From contig JBNZDD010013705.1 in NCBI GenBank assembly GCA_050575255.1, positions 6,651,620 to 6,715,619 of the forward strand: 64,000 bases of DNA, in the 5' to 3' direction. Origin of the DNA: Harriotta raleighana. Lineage: Eukaryota. The notes under the pieces are model-generated. The model had not been told where the DNA came from. It saw nothing but the letters and a program-made list of their open reading frames with translations, and did no database searches. The position numbers and the translations under genes are program-made. Below, in pieces: positions 40,391-50,735 of the stretch; positions within the stretch are counted from its first letter, which is position 1; each line of letters starts with the position of its first letter.

Positions 40391-40745
40391 TGGTTAGAGC
40401 ACTCCCCTCGCAAGCCAGAGACTTTGGTCCCATACCCAGCAGGGCATTTCCTCACTCCACACCTGATAATAATCCCTCAAGAAAAAAAGAAAAAGAATAA
40501 TTTGGTCATTCAATCTATGACTTTAAGCACTCTAAGACGCCATCCGGCGTGGAGGACGCGATATAAATCAAATTTGTTATTGTTGTTGACTGTTTGTGGG
40601 ACACTGTTGTGAGCAATTGGCTGCCATGCTTCACCCACAATTATAGTCAATTCACTTTACAATATATTCTGTGAAGCGCTTTGAGACATCTAGAAGATGG
40701 GAAAAACGTTATATCAAATGAAAGGATAATTATTATATTATTATA
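40391..40745 (+). mobile_element. tRNA-derived SINE with a nested L2 tail (~40520-40590)
   Basis: TGGTTAGAGCACTCCCCTCGCAAG head and ATT-repeat tail. Internal insert GACGCCATCCGGCGTGGAGGACGCGATATAAATC flanked by TGACT. Confidence 0.75.
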
Positions 40746-43700
40746 TATACAGTACTGTATTTACCATGCACCAGAATGCTTTTCATATTGGAAGAAGACC
40801 CTAATACAGCAGGTCATCCCTATGTTATCCATTAATAATCTTGATTATCCTTTCATTTGATAAATCACCTATCATGTTACAAAGCTCGCCTCAAAACATT
40901 TCATGGGCTTTTTGCTCTGAAGTAGCAGTGAATGTGTATTCTGCAGACGAGAATTCTGAGATCTTGCAGCCACTGATAAATCCATGTTATCTGCGCCTCA
41001 TTCAGTAATTGGAATACATTACAATGTACCTTCTTTGATTGTTGAAAGGCAGGTGAGATCAGTGCTACAATGAGTTTCTATTGTATTCTGTTGAAGAATA
41101 AGAAAATTCAGCCTGTTGTCTAAAATAATCTCATTTACAAGTAATGACCTTTTAAAATTCTAAATGGTGCCAAGATCTCAGATTAATCCTCAGGAGCCCT
41201 GCTAAAGCTTGTCAAGAAAGATAACCTTTATCATGAAAACACTTAATGAATTGGCTCTAATAAATGAACTCTCCTCTTGGCTTTGCCCTGATTCAGTTGA
41301 TGTGCTTTGCTTTATTGATATAACACTATCAAATTTGTTTGTCTCAGTCTCTATGATTAATACAGTTTGAAGCAGGAATCTCTCTCCTGTGACAGCTCTG
41401 ATTGTTGTGCATTTAAGTTGAAGCGGGAATTGTTTTCTTTATACATCTTATTATCTACCACTGCAGCTCAATAGCACCAGGTGTTGCATTGCCAAATTAT
41501 ACTACAGTGTAATGCCAATCTAGCATTAAATGAGTCCAAAGTTCTCAAATCTTTCCTGGTAATACAATGCAGCAAAGAGCAATTTTATAACATACATTAT
41601 AGATAATATGTGAACTGTCTTCTGACTGATTGAATTCTCTCATGGTACGAAATACTCTGTTATTGCTTGAGATTAACACATTTACCATACAGTATGGAGA
41701 CTGATATCCATATTAATTGGGACCAAGTCGATTGTGCATATGGAAACACTGTGAATGTTATGTTTCAATGAGTATGTCTCACACCTCTCTTTCTCTCTGC
41801 ACCTCTAATTGTATGAGTGTATCTAGTGCATTCGCTGCTCATTCAAAACTGTGTGCCTTGTTATAATGTGCAAACATGCAGCAAACTATTTTTGCCAACC
41901 ATCTCAGCCTGATGACTTGTGCATCAAGGCTCTAAGCATCAAGCTTGTGGATAATCGACATTCTATTGTGATGACAATTACTTTAGAATGACTTTTAGGA
42001 AAAGAGACGATTGAACAGAGACATGTTCAGTTCTGGTGTCTTTGTTAAAACATCGACATGAAGTCAAACCCCTTGAGCCATTTTACAAAGAATTGCTCAC
42101 ATTCTTCAAATAAAGAACTAAAGCTTTTTTCCCCCCCTCATCCGTGCTGGAACTAATACACATTTGAACACTGTGTGTCATATTCTCTATATCCCTAATG
42201 CCAGTTAGTAATATAAGAACACCCCTGCATCAAGGAACAAAATGGAATCCAAATATCAACCTTTGCTCTGAGCATCAGTTCAGCAAGCAGCAAGAATGCC
42301 TGGACTTATAAATGTCAAAATGAATGAAATCTGCAAGTGCTGTATAAATAGCCTTATGCAGTCACACAGCTCACTTTGTGCTACAAAACTCTTTTTGTAT
42401 ACTCTTGTGTATTTACAGTATTTGCATTTGGTTTGTGAGTAATTAACATAGAATAGGGAGGTCATGTTCATGCAAACGCAATGCACATGAACAAGAGTGG
42501 CCAGGTAATTTATTCAGTACTGCCTCGTAGGGTTATTTGGGATCGAGTAACATTAGAACAGTTGCATGCGACTCAGGATGACTGTGGGGCTTAGGACAGA
42601 GTCATACCAAATAACATATATATGGCGCTCATATAACATGGTGCTGTTGATTTGTTGGCTTCCTTTGCAGAAACAGACACAAATACCTGGCAGTGCAGGA
42701 AACCTCTGGATACTGTATAGTCAATTTATATTCTAACAGCGACAAACATTGTTAAATTTGTGGCATGGCAGTACATTTTGGGGTGCAAGGAGTGTGGGTT
42801 GCAAGGAAAACTGGTTTGTCATGTTTCGCCCACAAAATATACAGTCACTACGCTCTATAATATATTCTGTGATGCACTTTGAGATGCCGTGAAGACGTGA
42901 TCAGGGGTTATATCAAACACAAGGATTATTGTTATTAATAGAACCAAAAGAAGCACATCCTATAGACATGTTAATCCATAAACATGATATTTAAATCATT
43001 AATGGTTGTAATACTCTGTGTGCACCTGTCACAGTTAGAATTTATTAAAATGCATGAATGGAACCAAAGATATATTCTTAAATATCCTAGCAAGAACTTG
43101 GCATTGATGATACTCCTCAAGGCATAGGGTAAGCAACAGTAGAACTGCCTCTCACTAGAAAAGCCAGCTGTACTGTCTTCCTGATCAGTTGGCCAGCTAC
43201 CTCATAGCTGTCCATGAGGTACAAAGAGAAAATTAAAATAGACTGTTCTACCATTGTCTTATCAAACAAACACAACTGTGCTCTTTCATACTGTGTTTGA
43301 TGAAATAATTGTGAAACACGGCAAGATTTGTGCAGTGTGATGATAATTGACACCAAGTTCAGTAGCTCCTCCATTGATCTAAAAGCCGTGAGAACGTACA
43401 TTTTTGGCTTCCATGACAGATTGCCAACATGACAGCCTGGAAATGTTCAGTCAGATACCTACCTCAATAAGAAGACCTGGAGGCAAAATCTAAGTTCAGC
43501 GGAGGAAGCAAACTTAACTCAGTCGGTACCCTGTTCTGCTGCTATTAAATGCCAATCCTCTGCATCGGGACAGGGATTTCCTTGGGCAATGCATTTGTAC
43601 TGTGGTAGAGAGGTAGATGATTTATGTTGAAAAGGCCAGAGCTGAGTTATGTGCTAAGTGGGATTTAGTAACAGTATTAAATTTGGATCAACTACTCCAT

Positions 43701-44904
43701 GTGGTGTTTATACTCCGCACGAATCTCTGCACCTCCTTTCTCTCTCATTTTGTATAAAATCTCCACTTAAATCCATGAATGAATTAATATTTTTGATGTA
43801 TTCTGATGCACTAATATCAACTCCTAATAATATTTGACAGCCCATATTCAGCAAAGAGAGAGGCTTGTAGGTTTACATATCATGTAATCCTTAACTCAAA
43901 CCTAAATAAGAGCTGGAAATAATGGATTTCAAATGGGATATTTGCAAACAGACTCACACATAATAATTTCCAGTCACGAGTAGGATATTCTTGCTGATAT
44001 TTGCGTCATTTTAGCCTGTGGGAAATGTACATCTCTAGACGTAGCTCATATTGGAATGCATCCCGAAGTATGCCCTTCTAGTTATCATCAGGACCTGCTG
44101 TTGCGATGCAAACATCATGTTTTAGACCCGATGGTCACTGCTGATACCCAAATTTCAGTGAAGTTAATCAACCCATAGCACAAAAAAAAATTCACTGTAC
44201 AAAAAACATAATTTACATTGATATCATACTTTTCATCTTGGAAGGATGCCTAAAGTGCTTTATACTGCCTGCAGGGCACTCAAATTTGAAGTAGAAGCAG
44301 AAGAAGGTGGGGGAGGGGAAAGGTGACCAAAAGCACAAAGAGGTACACCTTGAGGTTGGCCTTTGATAGTGGAGACTGGGGGGATGTTGGAGGGGATTCC
44401 TGAATGAAGTTCCAGAGAGAAATGCTGTATGAACCTTAGAATCACTGATCAGACTTAACATTCCCAAACTTCCCAGTGTTGTAAGGTTATGTGTGTAGAA
44501 CAAAGAGCCAAGAAACCTCCCGAGTCCAAAGTAAAATAAACAAAAAGCTTTTCTGGAATCAGGGACCTGATACAGTGCAGTGAATTCTAAACTGGTACTG
44601 AAAATAATATCAAGAGATAAAGAGGGAGGTCAAGGGGTTCCTGCAGCTCCCCCCAGTTTGATACGTTTCCATTCAAAATGCACTATAATACTACTACTAA
44701 TAATAATCCTTGCATTTAATATAATGCTTTTCACGTCTTCTAGACGTCTGAAAGTGCTTCACAGAATATGCTGTAAAGCGAATAGACTATATTTGTGGGC
44801 GAAACATGCCTCCAATTGCGCACAGCAGTGTCCCACAAACAGTCGTGGGTCGAAATAACCAATTTATCTTTTTTTTNAATCCCAAGTCAGATAATCGATA
44901 AAAT

Positions 44905-45160
44905 ACACACAAAATACTGCAGATGCTAGAAATCTGAAACAGAAATAGTAATCGCTCAGGCAGCACTATGGAAAAAGGAAAATGAGTGAACATAGGGTAC
45001 ATGGCCCTTCGTCAGAACTGATTATTTGACCAGCCACCTCATAGCTGTTTGGGTTCTAACAAAGGGTCGTGGAACCGACACATTGACTCATTTTTCCTTT
45101 CTCCATAGATGCTGTCCAACCTGCTGAGTGTTCTCAGCAATTTCTGTTTTCTCTTCAGAT
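44905..45160. mobile_element. Inverted pair of Penelope-like terminal sequences (duplicated at 46045-46300)
   Basis: 44905-45020 and 45050-45160 are reverse-complementary. The right arm resembles the terminus at 24995-25100 downstream of the GIY-YIG remnant. Confidence 0.7.
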
Positions 45161-45234
45161 AATAGATAGTTTGTTTATATCGTCAACAGATAAGTTTGTT
45201 TATAGCTGTCAATATATAGCACAGCCAGTTCTGT

Positions 45235-45534
45235 AATAATAATAATAATCCTTGGTATAGTGCTTTTCAAGTCTTCTTGATATCTCAAAGCATTTCACAG
45301 AATACAGTAAAGTGAATTAACTGTATATTTATATGCAAAACATGGCAGAAAATTGCACACAGCAGTATCCTGGAACAGTTGCGGATTGAGAGACCAAATT
45401 ATTATTGTTTTTTTGGAGGACTATTATTAGGTTTTTGGAATAAGGAAACTTGCACAAGGTTTTGCCCTGCCAGGAATCGAACCTAGGTTTCTCGCTTGCC
45501 AGGCCAGTGTTCTAACCACTGAGCTATAGGACTC
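45235..45534 (-). mobile_element. tRNA-derived SINE (duplicated at 46375-46689)
   Basis: GGAATCGAACCTAGG...TCTAACCACTGAGCTATAGGACTC, the reverse complement of the A/B boxes. Confidence 0.85.
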
Positions 45535-45746
45535 TACTGCTCTATTCAAGTGAAATAAATTCATCACATTACACATAGTATGAGTCTTTGCTCACTGCTA
45601 TTGGTTTGATCTCTTTATGATTTATGTACTTCAATGGGTTTAAAGCCCTACGGAAACTGCATGTGGCGGGACTGCAGAGGAAAGTAAAACAAGCCTGCAT
45701 TATAAAAATAATCAAGTCTATGCCTGAAGTATCTAAAATAATGAAA

Positions 45747-45827
45747 NNNNNNNNNNNNNNNNNNNNNNNNNNNNNNNNNNNNNNNNNNNNNNNNNNNNNN
45801 NNNNNNNNNNNNNNNNNNNNNNNNNNN
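45747..45827. other. Assembly gap (N run)
   Basis: Run of N. Confidence 1.
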
Positions 45828-46374
45828 CAGACAGGTAATATCATAGCTGTCTGTTTTTCCGGTTCGCGAGCTATTTCAGTGGATCCATAAAGCAGGGGTA
45901 TCAGTAAGTCATAATTATTCCCATCTTTTCCCACAGACTCAGACCATCAATAACTTTGAAGTTTCCGTGAGGATAGCCTATGTACTTGCCACTGCTTTAT
46001 TAGATCACCAGTGTTGAAATCCCAAGTCAGATAATCGATAAAATACACACAAAATACTGCAGATGCTAGAAATCTGAAACAGAAATAGTAATCGCTCAGG
46101 CAGCACTATGGAAAAAGGAAAATGAGTGAACATAGGGTACATGGCCCTTCGTCAGAACTGATTATTTGACCAGCCACCTCATAGCTGTTTGGGTTCTAAC
46201 AAAGGGTCGTGGAACCGACACATTGACTCATTTTTCCTTTCTCCATAGATGCTGTCCAACCTGCTGAGTATTCTCAGCAATTTCTGTTTTTTCTTCAGAT
46301 AATAGATAGTTTGTTTATATCGTCGACAGATAAGTTTGTTTATAGCTGTCAATATATAGCACAGCCAGTTCTGT

Positions 46375-46689
46375 AATAATAATAATAATAATAATAATCC
46401 TTGCATTTGGTATAGTGCTTTTCAAGTCTTCTTAATATCTCAAAGCATTTCACAGAATACAATAAAGTGAATTAACTGTATATTTATATGCAAAACATGG
46501 TAGAAAATTGCACACAGCAGTATCCTGGAACAGTTGTGGATTGAGAGACCAAATTATTTTTTTTTTTTGAGGGACTATTATTAGGTTTTTGGAATAAGGA
46601 AACTTGCACAAGGTTTTGCCCTGCCAGGAATCGAACCTAGGTTTCTCGCTTGCCAGGCCAGTGTTCTAACCACTGAGCTATAGGACTCT
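46375..46689 (-). mobile_element. tRNA-derived SINE
   Basis: Same sequence as 45235-45534. Confidence 0.85.
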
Positions 46690-48242
46690 ACTGCTCTATT
46701 CAAGTGAAATAAATTCATCACATTACACATAGTATGAGTCTTTGCTCACTGCTATTGGTATGATCTCTTTATGATTTATGTACTTCAATGGGTTTAAAGC
46801 CCTACGGAAACTGCATGTGGCGGGACTGCAGAGGAAAGTAAAACAAGCCTGCATTATAAAAATAATCAAACCTATGCCTGAAGTATCTAAAATAATGAAA
46901 GGAATTATGGATGATTCCTCCCTCCAGAAGAATCCCTTCCTTCTGTGGGTTGGTGACTGTCCAACACCTTGGGACATCCTCCTGCCATGAAAGGTGCTAC
47001 ACAAATGTAATTTATTTGTTGTTGTTGTTGGAAAAGGGACCTTATTCTAGGTGAATAACCTTAAAATCTGAACCAAGAACTGAGGTCAGCAAGCAATTAT
47101 TCACAGTCAAGGTGGTGAAGATTTTAGTGGGATTCCCATAATGTCCCATAAAGTGACTGTTTGTGGGACAATGCTGTGCGCAAATTGGTAGCCAGATTTG
47201 CCTGTAAATTCCCCATCACTACAAATTACCATTTTATAAATCACTTTGAGACATCATTCAGATTAGAATGGTGGTATATCAAATGAAGAATTATTATGAT
47301 GAATTATATTTATGAGCTGAAACTGAACAATGTTCCCAATTGTAACCACTCTCAAAGCAAAATATTGCTACCCCACTTACCCTCACGTCTAACTCAGGTG
47401 CCCATACAATTCTGTTAAGGTCATTGGAGCGTACACCAAATGTGAAATGTGCTTTACAAATGTAAATTTGTATTATTGTATTGGGGACTTTCAACATTAC
47501 TTTGGAGCATGTTTGGTGAGAAAATCCAGCAGAGGTAAATGATTGTTGGTGTTAAAGATGCTCAAAGATTCTAAAAGCTAATAATAGACAGCACACATTA
47601 ATGGTTTCTGCGCCACAAAAAAACACTTCTGAACTGTTTCCATTTATTTTACTCCTGAGATTAAATGATATCTTATTTATTTTCATATTGTACTGCACAA
47701 AAATTTAACTCAATGGGTTTTGGGGATTTTCAAGATATAGTAATCAAATTATTTCTTCCATGGCAAAAATGGCAAAAAGTGGCAATTTCAGCTGAAGAAT
47801 TTGCAGCAGTGCAAGAGTGACAGCTCATGTTGTAAGATATAAAGTCATACTGACAAATGGACTAAGATGATTGATCCGTTTAGCATTGGTTCACCAAATC
47901 ACAGGAAGATTAATAAATCCTGCAATAAAGATGATAGGACCTGTAACAGTTAACTGAATTAGATTGAATCACAGAGGTGGCATATAATTTAGTTTTGAAC
48001 CCTGTTTCATACCTCCATGTTAAGTGGGTAAAAAAAAATACAAGACCCGTGTCCAAACAGTTCTCCTTTGTGGTTCCAGTCTCCTGGGAATGCAGTGGAG
48101 AGGCTTTCTACAGTCGATTTGTGAGGTCAAGGATTAAGAGATGAGATGGATTTTTGGGCTTGCAGAAGCAAGAAGGAGGACCTACAATTTCTTTCTCCCT
48201 CCCAGCTCAGACTCCGATTCATTCCTTGTTAAGTACAAACTA

Positions 48243-49431
48243 TTGTTGACTCTTGAAAATGTGTAATGGGAGGTTACGTTCCTGGAAAACTGCGCACTCA
48301 ATGAAATCAGGTTGGAGAATCTTAAGAACTAATGGGAAAAGGGGGTTAGGGGAATCCAGTCGCAGGCTACCTACCTCAAGCCTCCAGGCACATCCAAATG
48401 CAAGGTACGTACTGAGATGGGCTACAGCTGGCTGGTCCACTCCTTGTTCCGCCTGCCTCTCCCCGTTCTTGTTGCTCCCCACCCCAGTCTTCCTTCTCTC
48501 GTCTCTCCTACCACTTGGGAAGTGGGCAAATCAGGGGGAGCCCAGGCAGGAGGCAGAGAGAAATTGAGGAAAGCGGCGGGCGGGCGGGGGGTGGGGTGGG
48601 GGAGCAGAGGGCCGCTTGGTGGGGAGGAGGGGAGCAGAGTGCCGCTCGGGAGCGGGGGTGGGGAAAGCAGTGAGCCGCTCGGGGGCGGGGGGACTCGAGC
48701 TGCTCGGAGGCGGGGGAGCAGAGAGCCGCTCAGGGGAGGTGGGGGAACTCAGGGAAGTGGGGAGCAGAGAGCCATTTGGGGGAGGGCGGGGGGCAGAGAG
48801 CCGCAGGCGGTCGGGATAGGAGACGCTATAAAATGACAACAAAGCAGTAAAGCAATAAAAAAAAGCAATAAAACAACAGCTAGGCTAAATTACTGTAAGA
48901 GACTCTCTCTGTCTCTTCCTATCTGTCTCTTATGTTTACCACGCAATGCCATAGGATGCTTCGAGGCCGAAAAGTTATTGTATTTACCTAAGAATGCACT
49001 TTGCGCGGGCCAGCCAGCCAAGGAATCATCGGCTTTAGTCAGGATCTGCTGGCCTCNAGAGACTCTCTCTGTCTCTTCCTATCTGTCTCTTATGTTTACC
49101 ACGCAATGCCATAGGATGCTTCAAGGCCGAAAAGTTATTGTATTTACCTAAGAATGCACTTTGCGCGGGGCCAGCCAGCCAAGGAATCATCGGCTTTAGT
49201 CAGGATCTGCTGGCCTCGTCAAAAGAGCGTATGCACGCGGGATCAGCCAGTTGAGGAATCATCGGTTTTAGTCGGGAGCTATCGGCGTCACCACTCGTGC
49301 GCATGCGAGAGGGGACCAGCCAGCGCGTCTACACAAGTTTTATGTGCGCTGCACAAAAAAATTATGCTTTTATTTCATCGGGTATACTTGAATTCCCAAT
49401 CGATAGAGTCGCGTTCAACGAGGGTTAACTA
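48243..49431. mobile_element. Putative non-autonomous pogo/Tigger-like DNA transposon with a GC-rich internal repeat region
   Basis: Right end CGCGTTCAACGAGGGTTAACTA|TA. Decayed left end TA|TTGTTGACTCTTGAAAATGTG, where AACGCG has become AATGTG by CpG decay. The interior is CpG-rich relative to the flanks. Confidence 0.5.
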
Positions 49432-50404
49432 TACTAAATTGCATTTACATAGCCCCTTTCATTTCATGAGGATGTCCCGTACATAACACCTCAAAGAATG
49501 ACTATCTGCAAATTATATCAATTAAATAAACAAAATTAGACAAAATTCAAAACGTTGTGGAACTAAGAGTCCTAGTTGTAGATTTCTCAATGGGATTCAC
49601 CAATAATGAAAGTGTAATTTTGTTGCTGTTGTTGTTGCTGTATGTTGCTATAAAACAGTAGTCTTGTAATATCTGAATGACTTTTGCTTGTAGCTGGAAC
49701 CATGGGAAATTTGCTGAAACTTGTTCGTCAGATTTCACCAGATTTCTGCTCCTCCAAAGATAATGTCAGTATACATTTCATCCTCTGGTTGCCTTTGTCC
49801 ACTAACAAGTCTCAATGGACATGTATCTAGTTATGCAGTACAGTTCTCCAATTATCTAGCATAGCAGTTGCAGCGTTAGTATCACATCATAGCAGTACTG
49901 CACTGATGATCAAATGGCAACCTCTCTTCATACCATTCTGTTTTGCGAAACTGTGTGCCACCACTATTGCTTATTACTTATGTCTATAAAAATAAAATGA
50001 ATATTTTCCTATAAAACAGCAAAACAACAAAGTTCTTCACATTCCATAATCTCAGGGATTACATTTTATAACTCACTTAATACATTTATTCTGACGGTGC
50101 TTCAAAGATTAACAAGAATCCAGTGACAATATTCATAAAAAGACCCATAACATACAGAGTTACACTGAATGTCCTTTTTGGTCAGCCACATTCAGTCGTT
50201 CATTTGTCCCTATCAGTCCAAAATGAAAAGGAACGAACAGGCCACTTTAGATGAAAGATAGATCTATGCTGTGCAAAGAATGTCTGAGTAGATACAGAGG
50301 ATGAATTTCCATCTAGATCTAGATATAATATATTCATATAACATTTCAGAGGGGTCCAAAATTCTTAAAATTTGAAGAACTGCTAAAAGTCAGTTTCAGC
50401 TTAT

Positions 50405-50735
50405 CTGGGGAAGTGATACCCAAGACACTAGGAGAAACTCAGTTCTCTTTTTAAATAGTGTCATGGGATTGTTTACTGTTCAAGGGCTTGGGACGTCCTC
50501 CTGACATGAATGGCACTTTACAGATGTAATTTTGTTGTTGTTGATGTTAATCTCTTCCTGAATAGGCAGCCCCTGATTTAATGTCTCATCCACAAGATGG
50601 CATCTTCAATAATGCATCACAAATCCAGTTCTGCACTGGCGTGTCAGCCTAGACTGTGTGAGTTCAAAGTCCCGACATGGGACATCAAACGACAATCTTC
50701 TGTTTCAGAAGTGAAAATGGAATCTATTGAATCAG
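50405..50735 (-). mobile_element. Deu-domain-like SINE with a nested L2 tail (50480-50545)
   Basis: AAATAGTGTCATGGGAT...TTTAATGTCTCATCCACAAGATGGCA...GTGTCAGCCTAGA is the reverse complement of the 60.3 kb copy. Confidence 0.65.

Noticed and set aside
44878-46900. ~870-bp tandem duplication (44880-45746 vs 46020-46900)
   Set aside because: Near-identical and bounded by N and a gap. Probably two haplotypes or a contig overlap.
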